A stretch of 64,000 nt of DNA. Source: Hyaloraphidium curvatum SAG 235-1 (taxonomy: Eukaryota > Fungi > Monoblepharomycota). Below, piece after piece: positions 12,614 to 23,143 of the stretch. Position 1 is the stretch's first letter. The number at the start of each line of letters is the position of its first letter. The stretch is from assembly GCA_025558095.1 (NCBI GenBank), contig JAIVFI010000011.1:682001-746000 (forward strand). Reading direction: 5' to 3'. The translations under genes were made by a program, and so were the position numbers. The notes under the pieces were generated by a model, which saw only the letters and a program-made list of their open reading frames with translations, ran no database searches and had not been told where the DNA came from.

Positions 12614-15182
12614 GACGGCGAGCACGACAGCACCTTGGGCTACGCAATTGATGCATAACTCCGTGCCGTCCACAAGGTATCGCAGTTTCTGCATCTGCTT
12701 GTCCGTCAGGTAACGGTTCTTGGATCGAATGCCGGCGGCGGCCAATGCTGTTTCCGAGAATAGGCGGCACGGTGTGCTCGGTATGAAGAGAATGTTGTCA
12801 AGCCGAACAACGGGTCCGCTCGTGCAAAAACGCACGTACATGGTGCCAGCCTGTGACACCTCCACGGGCCCCGTAAGTCCATGCACAACGAACTTGGGTA
12901 TCGAGTAGACTTTGGTCAGGTCGCTTAGGGTATTGGTGGAGTTGCGACTCGCGCCAGAATCGAAGAAGGAATCGCAGTTGTTCGCTCGGACATGGTTAAT
13001 GTACGCGCGAGCGTGTTGAGCTTGTACCATGCCGCTGTCGATGTCCTCCCCCGAAACAGCGTTGGACGTCACGGTCGGCATCACAGCGGCCTCCCCGCCG
13101 CCACGTAGTTAGTAGTCGAAGCCGTTGCCGTAGGTTGCTCCCTCGCCGGGCTCGTGGTCGTAGCCGACATAGCTGAGATCGGCTCCCTCACTGTCACCAT
13201 CCATCGAGCCATATCCCAGGAAGCCGAAGGCTGTCAGGCAACGCTGCGATGAAGATCGATCTGGGTGCGAGGCGGGTGAGTTACCTTCGGCAGCGGCGTC
13301 GCCTTACCGAGATGAACAGAGAGGATACAAATCGAATCAAAATGAGATAGCGGGACAAGGAACGGAAAATCAAGTCAGTATCAGTGGCGGATGTTGTGAG
13401 ATCCGAGGGGAGGTTTTCCGGGTTGAGGTGCGGTCAACCCGGGAAAACACAGCGACTCCCATCCCAAACTCCGTCACGCGGCACACAGTCACGCGCCGGG
13501 CCCGCGGCCCCTCCTGGCGCGAGGCAACCGCCGACGTCGAGCACCACGGCCCCTTCGCGACGCCGGGCCCACGGCCCATACTCTAGCGCCGGGCCCACGG
13601 CCCCTTCGCGGCGCCGGGCCCGCGGCCCACATTCCACGCGCCGGGCCCGCGGCCCCTTCACGGCGCTGGGCACCGCGGCCCTCTTCTTTGAGCGTCTGGC
13701 ACCTCGGCCCTTCGCGACGCGTGGCCTGCGGCCCTCCTCTCAAGCATCTGGCCCTCGGCCCTTCGGGACGCGGGGCCCGCGTCCCTCCTCTTCAACCAAG
13801 CGCCGAGCACCGCGGCCCCTTCGCGGCGCGGGCACCTCGGCCCTGACATCACCACCCGATGCTCACCCTCGCTGTGTTCCATCTGGCCATCTGCCAGCAT
13901 GGCGTACGGCTGCTGGGGCGGTGACGGGCACTCGCGCTGTACGTGCCCCTTGCCGTTGCAATTGTGGCACTTCTTGTCGGGGCACGCCGATGCCACGTGC
14001 CCCGGCTTGCCGCATTCGCGGCAGGTGATCTCACTGGTCACCGGAGCCGGCCTCCAAACGGCAGCACCAGCCGGGCGGTAGCTTGGGCCGCCCATCGGCC
14101 TCAGTGTCTGCGCGGGGTAGTAGCCGCGGCCTCCGCGCATGCCGCCACGTGCCAACCCGCGGCCGCGCATCCGAGTATCATGGCCCTGGCCTTGGATAGG
14201 AGCCATGCCACTCGGCCTGTAGCTGGGGTACGGAGCGTAGCGACCGTGCTCGTACCAGGGGCGCTGCGGAGGCCGACTGAGGATGCCACCACCACGGAGG
14301 GCTTGTTGGGGCGGCTGATAGGCAGTGAAGCCGGGTCCGAACCAGCAGGTGGTGGGAGCGTCGGGAGTGTCGCCGGAGCTGTCATCTTGACAGGTGCATG
14401 CGACATCTTGTTCCCTTGGGCTGTGTTAGCCGCATCCCGCATGCCATTGAACGAGAATGTTATACTCTCGCTCTTGCCGTCTTCGTCGAAGTGCCCGTCG
14501 TCGTCAATGACTCGGCCCCAGAATCCTTGGAGTTCTGCGAACGGGAAGCCTTCGATGAACGTCACCATCAAAGCCACGTCGTAGTCTGAGAGTGGTTTCT
14601 TGTGCGCAAGTCTCTCTGACTTGATACTCAGCAGCTCATTGAAGTTTTGGTCCACAGTCTTTGAAGCGTCCCACTGCCACTTGTTTACGCGGACTTGGGA
14701 CTCGTGTACCAAGCGCGCCTTTCCAACTTTGAACTTCTTGTGAATCGCGATCCAGAGGTCGTAGGCCGTCTTGGGCTCGTCGAACGCTTCCTGGAGGACG
14801 TCGTCGAGCATCAACATGAGCTCGCCGTAGGCCTTTTCGGCCGTCGTCCTGAACTTGTGTTCCGTGAGGATCGAGTGCGCGGCCTTCTCTTCCTCGGCAA
14901 GGATGGTCTGCCTCTGCCGGTCTGTGGTCTCTGGAGCGGCGCTGCGCTCAGCAGCCCTCTTGCGGGCCTGCTCGAGCTGCCAGTCGATGCTGAGGACGTT
15001 GTTGACGACGTACTCGTACATCCCAAGCTTGTTGAGGTAGATGGGGGCCTTGCGGTCCCACTGGACCATGTTGTCACCGGTGTTGAGCAGGATAGGCTTG
15101 TCGGCATCGTTGGCTGTCATCCTGTCACGGGCGGGCTTCCAGGGGTAGCAGGCACGTGTCAGAGCAGTTGAGACTCTTAATC
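12614..15182 (-). mobile_element. Truncated Ty1/Copia element: PBS, gag (ATG 15120, frameshifted), two CCHC knuckles, protease; interrupted by a solo LTR
   Basis: Gag KAYGELMLMLDD...TAYDLWIAIHKKF; CRECGKPGHVASAC and CHNCNGKGHVQREC; protease FFDSGASRN...VVRLDNILFIP; PBS at 15161-15182. Confidence 0.88.
13232..13848. repeat. 617-bp solo-LTR-like element containing a GC-rich tandem array
   Basis: Perfect TGTCAGG...CCTGACA termini; interrupts Copia gag; units of CGCCGGGCCCGCGGCCC plus a short spacer at ~13490-13845. Confidence 0.65.
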
Positions 15183-15292
15183 CTTTGTTCCCCTGGTCGC
15201 AGGCGCCCAGAGACAGGTGCAGATGAGGCAGGTGGCGTTCCTGGTGTTTGTTGTGTTATTCCCCTCTCCCTAGAGCCGCCCTCCTAGGTTAT

Positions 15293-15397
15293 TGTCTAGC
15301 CAAGATCCACCCATCCATCCAAGTCCAACATCCAACTCCAGGACCAACTCCAACTCGATCCGACGGCTCCAAACACATCCATCCATCCCCAGCAACA
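15293..15397. repeat. Family X ~105-bp solo-LTR-like repeat, copy 2
   Basis: TGTCTAGCC...CCCCAGCAACA, homologous to 12511-12613; right end joins directly to LINE sequence. Confidence 0.7.
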
Positions 15398-16156
15398 AGA
15401 AGGCCCCTAACGGCAGGGCAGCGGATGAGGATGGGATCAGGCTCGAGTTCGTCAAGTATGGGACCACTGTGCTGAAGCAAGCTGTTGTCGATCTGCTCAA
15501 CGACGTGCTCAATGGGGTCAACATGCAAGACTGGGGCCATGTCCAGACATTGCTGGTGATGCTGCACAAGAAGGGGCCCAAGAACGTGGCTGTCAACTAC
15601 CGGGGCATCAGCATAGAGAGGACACTGGAGAAGGTCTTCTCCCTGGTCTGGAACGCTCGGCTAGCTCCCTGGGCTGAGTGCAACAAGCTGCTGGAAGGCT
15701 CGCAGTTTGGATTCAGTGCACGGAGGTCCACCCTTCATACAGTGTTCCTCGCTGAGGCGCTCTTCTCCTTGGCCAAGGCACGCAAGGAGAAGCTGATCAT
15801 GGTGCTTGTAGATTTCACAAAGGCTTTTGACACGGTGGAGCGCTTGAGGTTGTGGAGGAAGCTGGAGGAGATGGGTGTACCCAAACAGGTTGTTGATATG
15901 TTCGAGATGGCGTTTGGGCGGGTGTGGGGAAGGCTCCGGGATGAGGATGGCACCAAGTCGGACTTTATCAAGTTCCTAACTGGAGTGAAGCAGGGGGACC
16001 CCCTCTCATCGCTGTTCTTCATCTTGTTCATCAACGACATCACTGCTTTCATGGAGGCCGCGCCAATGGTGCAAAAGGGATGGATCTGGGTGTTTGAGGA
16101 AGAGGAGGATCAGGAAAGGATGGTCAGCTTGCTGGCTTTGTTCTTTGCAGACGACA
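15398..16156 (+). mobile_element. LINE reverse-transcriptase fragment
   Basis: NYRGISI, QFGF, VDFTKAFDTV, GVKQGDPLS, ends at FFADD. Confidence 0.93.
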
Positions 16157-17214
16157 GAGGAGAAGAAGAATAGAATAGTATTGGTGACCCGGACCTGCAA
16201 CTGGCTTGGCCGCTGTTACACCATCAGTTTGCTGCTAATTTGAAGTTTGTCGTCGTGCATCTTTTTCATTTTCCCTGTTTTCTGTCCTTCATGGACTTTG
16301 AGATGAAGCTGGCAATGGAGTTGAGGGCCTTCTCCTTCTGCCGCCTCGCTTTGATCGTGGGCTCGAACTCCTTGATGCTAAGAGCCCAGAGCCAGGTCTC
16401 CATGTTCCACTCGCGGCCCAGTGCTTCCAGTCTGGTCTGCAGCTTCTGGCGCCGCTCTGCATTTGCTGAACAGTGGAACAGAAAGTGTTGTTCGTCTCCA
16501 ATGTGTTCAGGGTCATGCTTGCACGTTCTCTGCTGCACCTCAAGTCCTTGGTGCCTGCCTGTCTCCACCTCCAGGTCGTGGGTAGAGCACAGCAACTTTT
16601 GGACATCCCTCCGGTGCTTCTCCACCCGGATCAGGGATGGTCCGATGTGGCCAAAGGTCATGTCACACATCCTCCAAAAGTGCAGTTTGTCGTTGTCCTT
16701 GAGCCTTTGGGCATTGATCTCCCTGAACTTGCCCTTCACAAGATTCTCCACAGTCTCCTTGGGCCATGAGAAAGTGTCCTTCTCCCACATCTCCCTCCCA
16801 TCTTCGCCGCCATGGTATACAAGTAGTTCCCTCAGGAAGCAGCTGGAGGTCAGGACTCATCCCAGGCTGCTCCCTGATGTCATGGAGCCAGAGCCCATAA
16901 GCAGCGTTCATCTTGGCCTCTCTGTCATGCACATGGTCCTTGCTCCGGCCGGTTGAGGTCAGCTGATACCCCAGAAGCTTGAAGCTGTCAACCCTCTTCA
17001 GCTCCTGGTCCCTGTACATGAGCTTTACACGGTGAGGTATCCTCCTGGCCATCCACTCTGTCTTGCTGACGTTGATCTCCAGCCCATTGGCACTGGCATA
17101 TGCAGACAGAAGGTCCAGCTGCATCTTGGCATCCTTCACCGTCTTCGAGATCAAAGTGGTGTCGTCTGCAAAGAACAGAGCTAGCAAGCTGACCATCCTC
17201 TCCTGATCCTCTTC

Positions 17215-19260
17215 AGGACGAGGATGGGATCCGGCTCGAGTTCGTCAAGTAGGGGACTGCAGTACTGAAGCAAGCTGTTGTCAACCTCCTCAACGACGTG
17301 CTCAATGGCGTCAAGATGGATGACTGGGGCCAGACACTGCTGGTGATGCTGCACAAGAAGGGGCCCAAGAACGTGGCTGGCAACTACCGAGGCATCAGCA
17401 TAGAGAGGACGCTGGAGAAGGTCTTCTCCCTGGTCTGGAACGCTCGGCTAGCTCCCTGGGCTGAGTGCAACAAGCTGCTGGAAGGCTCGCAGTTTGGATT
17501 CCGTGCACGGAGATCGACCCTTCATGCAGTGTTCCTTGCCGAGGCACTCTTCTCCCTGGCCAAGGCACGCAAGGAGAAGCTGATCATGGTCTTTGTAGAT
17601 TTCACAAAGGCTTTTGACACGGTGGAACACCCCAGGTTATGGCAGAAACTGGAGGAGATGGGTGTACCCAAACAGGTTGTTGACATGTTCGAGATGGCGT
17701 TCGGGCGCGTGTGGGGACGGCTCCGGGATGAAGACGGGACCAAGTCAGACTTCATCAAGTTCCTGACCGGAGTGAAGCAGGGGGACCCTCTCTCGTCGCT
17801 GTTCTTCATCTTGTTCATCAACGACATCACTGCTTTCATGGAGGCCAATGGTGCAAAAGGGATGGATCTGGGCATGGTGTCTGAGGAGGAAGAGGATCAG
17901 GAGAGGATGGTCAGCTTGCTAGCTCTGTTCTTTGCAGACGACACCACTTTGATCTCGAAGACGGTGAAGGATGCCAAGATGCAGCTGGATCTTCTGTCTG
18001 CATATGCCAGTGCCAATGGGCTGGAGATCAACGTCAGCAAGACAGAGTGGATGGCCAGGAGGATACCTCACCGTGTAAAGCTCATGTACAGGGACCAGGA
18101 GCTGAAGAGGGTTGACAGCTTCAAGCTTCTGGGGTATCAGCTGACCTCAACCGGCCGGAGCAAGGACCATGTGCATGGCAGAGAGGCCAAGATGAACGCT
18201 GCTTATGGGCTCTGGCTCCGCGACTTCAGGGAGCAGCCTGGGATGAGTCCTGACCTCCAGCTCAAGCTCTACAACACAAAGGTCAAGGCAGTGGGCCAAT
18301 ATGGGAACCCGTTCATTGTTGAGATGCCGAAGGAGGAGTACCTTGCCGGGGAAAGCACCAGGGACAAAGTGACATGCATGGCTCTTCGTGCCGTCACTCA
18401 TCTGCCCAAGTCTACCTCCCTGGCCTGTCTGTATGCGATCACTGGCCAGTACCCCCTTGCAGTTCATGACCACGAGTCGGCACTCAAGTTCCTCATGCGC
18501 ATCAAAACAGCGGATCCTGCGCTGTACCTGCTCTACAAAGAGCTCAAGATCGAGGCACTGAAGGGGTCCTGGAACTGGGCTGCCTTCTTGAGGGAACTAC
18601 TTGTATACTATGGTGGCGAAGATGGGAAGGAGATGTGGGAGAAGGACACTGTCTCATGGCCCAAGGAGACTGTGGAGAATCTTGTGAAGGGCAAGTTCAG
18701 GGAGATCAATGCCCAGAGGCTCAAGGACAACGACAAACTGCACTTTTGGAGGATGTGTGACATGACCTTTGGCCACATCGGACCATCCTTGATCCGGGTG
18801 GAGAAGCACCGGAGGGATGTCCAAAAGTTGCTGTGCTCTACCCACGACCTGGAGGTGGAGACAGGCAGGCACCAAGGACTTGAGGTGCAGCAGAGAACGT
18901 GCAAGCATGACCCTGAGCACATTGGAGACGAACAACACTTTCTGTTTCACTGTTCAGCAAATGCGGAGCGGCGCCAGAAGCTGCAGACTAGATTGGAAGC
19001 ACTAGACCGCGAGTGGAACATGGAGACCTGGCTCTGGGCTCTTAGCATCAAGGAGTTCGAGCCCACGATCAAAGCGAGGCGGCAGAAGGAGAAGGCCCTC
19101 AACTCCATTGCCAGCTTCATCTCAAAGTCCATGAAGGACAGGAAAACTGGGAAAATGAAAAAGACACACGACGACGATGAACTTTGCAATTAGCAGCAAA
19201 CTCATGGTGTAACAGCGGCCAAGCCAGGGGCAGGTCCGGGTCACCAATACTATTCTATTC
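17215..19260 (+). mobile_element. 5'-truncated copy of the same LINE inserted antisense into the host copy; 631-aa RT ORF at 17298-19193
   Basis: Complete RT motifs through to the 3' tail CTATTCTATTC; the host sequence TCTGAGGAG|GAAGAGGATCAG is split around it. Confidence 0.92.
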
Positions 19261-20739
19261 ATCTCCTCAGACACCATGCCCAGATCCATCCCTTTTGCAC
19301 CATTGGCCTCCATGAAAGCAGTGATGTCGTTGATGAACAAGATGAAGAACGGCGACGAGAGAGGGTCCCCCTGCTTCACTCCGGTCAGGAACTTGATGAA
19401 GTCTGACTTGGTCCCGTCTTCATCCCGGAGCCGTCCCCACACGCGCCCGAACGCCATCTCGAACATGTCAACAACCTGTTTGGGTACACCCATCTCCTCC
19501 AGTTTCTGCCATAACCTGGGGTGTTCCACCGTGTCAAAAGCCTTTGTGAAATCTACAAAGACCATGATCAGCTTCTCCTTGCGTGCCTTGGCCAGGGAGA
19601 AGAGTGCCTCGGCAAGGAACACTGCATGAAGGGTCGATCTCCGTGCACGGAATCAAACTGCGAGCCTTCCAGCAGCTTGTTGCACTCAGCCCAGGGAGCT
19701 AGCCGAGCGTTCCAGACCAGGGAGAAGACCTTCTCCAGCGTCCTCTCTATGCTGATGCCTCGGTAGTTGCCAGCCACGTTCTTGGGCCCCTTCTTGTGCA
19801 GCATCACCAGCAGTGTCTGGCCCCAGTCATCCATCTTGACGCCATTGAGCACGTCGTTGAGGAGGTTGACAACAGCTTGCTTCAGTACTGCAGTCCCCTA
19901 CTTGACGAACTCGAGCCGGATCCCATCCTCGTCCTTTGCGTGCCTTGCCGTTGGGGGCCTTCTTCAAGACCCTCTCCAGCTCCTTGAGGGTGATGGGGCG
20001 CAGCAGGTCTCCAGAAGGCGTGATCGTGGCCTTGGGAAGTGGTGGAAACGTGAGCCTTGGATCCTCCTCGATCTTGGTCACGTACTCGGCGCTGGCGACC
20101 ATCTCCATGTGGCGCACCAGCTCTACAAAGGGCACGGGGTTGCCCTTGCGCCTTGCGTGAGCCTTTCCAAGCAGCTGGTAGTACCCCTTAGGCTCTCGCC
20201 TGAAGAGTCGCTCTAGCAGCTTGGAGTTCTCTCGCTCAGCAACCCTCCGCATCCTCTTCTCCAACTTCTTCCGCTCCTTCTCCAGCTCCCGCGTCTTCCC
20301 CTGGTACTCCTTCTTCCACTCATCCTTCTCCATGAGGGATCGCAGCTCAAGAAGGCGTGACAGCTTCCGATCGATCTCGGCCCTCTCTGCCGAGCCCGCA
20401 AAGCCGTTGAGGAACTTGTCCGCCTCTTCGTATACGCTGACCTTGTCGTACTTCTTCTTCGCGACCTTGTTCACCGCTGCCATGATCTGGATGAGCCGGT
20501 TGCACTTGTCGGATCCAGCTTGAAGTTGCTCGTACTCTTGCATTGCCTCCTTGACCCAGGGCTCGTCGTAGAGGTTTCGCATTATTGCGAGGAAGTGGAA
20601 GTCGCACGGCACGCCCTTGCAGTGCGGCTTGTTCTCCTTCGCAGCTGGCCGCACGAGGTTGGCCTTGATGGTCAGGCTCAGGGCCATGTGGTCTGAGGTG
20701 ACGACCCAGTGTTGCTGGGGATGGATGGATGTGTTTGGA

Positions 20740-21106
20740 TGTTAGACCACTGGACTAAAGAGAAGGTACCACGTCTCTGGCCCAAGTGGTCTGACGTCTA
20801 AGAGCATGTCACCATAGGGAACCAACACTCCCCCCCATGCCTTAGACGTCGAGGCCTCCCCCCGATCGCCCGCATAATACATCTCAGACGCCGGGCCCGC
20901 GGCCCCCATCGCGGCGTTGGGCTTCCGCGGCCCTAGGCTCCTGGGCCTATCTCACAAAACCACAAGCGCGACGACCAGGGTTCGAACCTCCGACTCTAGA
21001 GCAATGAGACTCTTAATCTGTTAGACCACTGGACTAAAGAGAAGGTACCATGTCTCTGGCCCAAGTGGTCTGACGTCTAAGAGCATGTCACCATAGGGAA
21101 CCAACA
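20740..21106 (-). mobile_element. TRIM (terminal-repeat retrotransposon in miniature), 367 bp
   Basis: Two 88-bp TGTT...AACA direct repeats (20740-20827, 21019-21106) differing by one C/T; PBS at 20997-21018; PPT at ~20828-20836; non-coding interior. Confidence 0.92.
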
Positions 21107-22382
21107 CCTTCCTTCACAAATGCAAGCTGGGTGACCGTCCCGTAGCGGCTCTGCGGCACGATTGCGTAGTCCAAGGTGCTGTCCCGCTCGCCATCCTTTC
21201 CTGCGCGAGTTGTTGCCCCCGGCTCGAGGCGCCCATTAAGGATCACCAGCTCCTCCTCATGGCACAGTGCAAGAAGCTGTTTCCCTCTCCGATCCGTGCG
21301 CTGCCCCGACCGGATTACACGCTTTCCGAAGCTCGTGCCACGCACATCGCTGTTTGCCTCGCTTATCCCCACATGTGCGTTCAGGTCCCCGATCACGATC
21401 GGCATGTCGCACCCAGCCACAATCCCTGAGAACCTCGACCACAACTCGTCCTGTTGTGTGTGAGTATGTCCTGCATTGGCGTCGGCGGTATGTACGCCCC
21501 CAGCACATTCACTCCGCCGACTTGGATCTGCACGACATCCAGGATCGGGTCCAAGTCTGTCCGTACGGTGTGCGGTAGCTCCTTTCGCACAAAGACCGTC
21601 AACCCTCCTCCACCATGCTCCGAGCAGCTCTTCTCATAAACCTCGAAAGTTTCCAGTACCGCGGCAACCTCTGCATGGATGTCGTTGTTGCTCATATACT
21701 CCTCCCAAGTCCGCTTCTCGCCTTTGCCCGTCCACCTTGCTTCAGCGAAAACGACGATATCGTACTCTACAATGTGTAGCAGCAGCTCACGTATAAAGAG
21801 GCTCTTCTCGAGCTTCCGCTCAACGTTTTGGTACAGTATCTTGAGGCATGTCCGAGTCTCATTTTCCTAGCCGCGCGCAGCACGCTCTCCAGCGTTCCCG
21901 CGTGCAGTCTGGCGCATCTCCCAAAGCTCGCGCAACTTTGCTTCGATCTTTTCCATGGTGAGCGTCGTTTCCAGGCCTGTTTCCGGCGGCGTGTAGACGA
22001 TCTTCGGGCCGTCGCGGCGGGAGGGAATCCCATCCTTCTCCATCTGCTGGACCAGGTGGTACTGCGCAGTAGACCGGTTCTTCTGCATCCACGTCTTCTC
22101 GCGGCTCGCATACGCAGCCAGGTGCTTCAGGGCTCCAGCCTCGTTGAGCCGAATGAGCGTCTCACGGTCCTCCTCGGTCGAGAACGTGAGCTGGAGGTCA
22201 AAGGTGCGATCTCCTGTGAGGTACCACTTGTCCACCACGATCTCCTTGAGCGCATCGGTCCGCTGAACGAGCACCTCACGGTCCTTGTGGTCGTGCGGCA
22301 GGTCGAGGGCGCTGCACTTGAGGAGGTCACGGGCACCTTCTCCGGTCTTCGCACTTTCGGGCGCCCGGCGGATCCTCCCTTT

Positions 22383-23143
22383 ACAGCTGACCCTGCATTG
22401 TACCTGCTCTACAAGGAGCTCAAGATCGAGGCACTGAAGGGGTGCTGGTGTACAGCTGGAACTGGGCTGCCTTCCTGAGGGAATTGCTTGTGTACTATGG
22501 TGGAGAGGAGGGGAGGGAGATGTGGGAGAAGGACACTTTTTCATGGGCCAAGGAGACTGTCGAGAATCTTGTGAAAGGCAAGTTCAGGGAGATCAATGCC
22601 CAGAAGCTCAAGGACAACGACAAGCTGCACTTCTGGAGGATGTGTGGCATGACCTTTGGTCATATTGCACCGTCGCTGATCCGGGTGGAGAAGCACCGGA
22701 GGGACGTCCAGAAGCTGCTCTGCTCTACCCACGACCTGGAGGTGGAGACAGGCAACCACCAAGGACTTGAGGTGCAGCAGAGGATATGCAAACATGACTG
22801 TGAGCACATTGGAGATGAACAACACTTTCTGTTCCACTGTTCAGCAAATGCAGAGCGGCGCCAGAAGCTGCAGACCAGACTGGAAGCACTGGGCCGCGAG
22901 TGGAACATGGAGACCTGGCTCTGGGCTCTTAGCATCAAAGAGTTCGAGCCCACGATCAAAGTGAGGTGGCAAAAGGAGAAGGCCCTCAACTCCATTGCCA
23001 GCTTCATCTCAAAGTCCATGAAGGACAGAAAACAGGGAAAATGAAAAAGATGCACGATGACAAACTTCAAATTAGCAGCAAACTGATGGTGTAAACAGCG
23101 GCCAAGCCAGGGGCAGGTCCGGGTCACCAACACTATTCTATTC
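22383..23143 (+). mobile_element. 5'-truncated LINE 3' end (second subfamily, matching the 9.9-10.7 kb copy)
   Basis: ADPALYLLYKELKIE...GDEQHFLFHC...; tail CTATTCTATTC. Confidence 0.92.

Larger units (their letters stand above)
16168..22380 (-). mobile_element. Near full-length non-LTR retrotransposon (ORF1 3' part, AP endonuclease, RT, C-terminal Cys/His motif, (CTATT)n tail); defective and carrying nested insertions; RTE/RTEX-like by inference
   Basis: EN motifs LKILYQNV, DIVVFAE, GGGLTVFV, LGAYIPP, IGDLNAH, STLDYAIV, SDH; RT motifs at 19263-19935 and 16840-17214; LEVETGR..C..H..GDEQHFLFHC; tail at 16168-16178. Confidence 0.9.

Noticed and set aside
13490-13845. CRISPR-like repeat-spacer array
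   Set aside because: Spacers are only ~7-15 nt, repeats are degenerate, no cas genes, and it lies inside an LTR-like element of a eukaryote
13382-13845. hAT-type MITE (CAGTGGCG...CGGCCCTG ends)
   Set aside because: TIRs match poorly and there is no 8-bp TSD; the perfect TGTCAGG/CCTGACA ends at 13232/13848 explain the region better
20966-21018. tRNA-Lys gene
   Set aside because: The two tRNA-like halves are on opposite strands and no cloverleaf forms; better read as a PBS plus adjacent motif
20710-21107. TRIM composite acting as a spliceable intron in the LINE endonuclease
   Set aside because: The nearest GT/AG pair does not restore the reading frame
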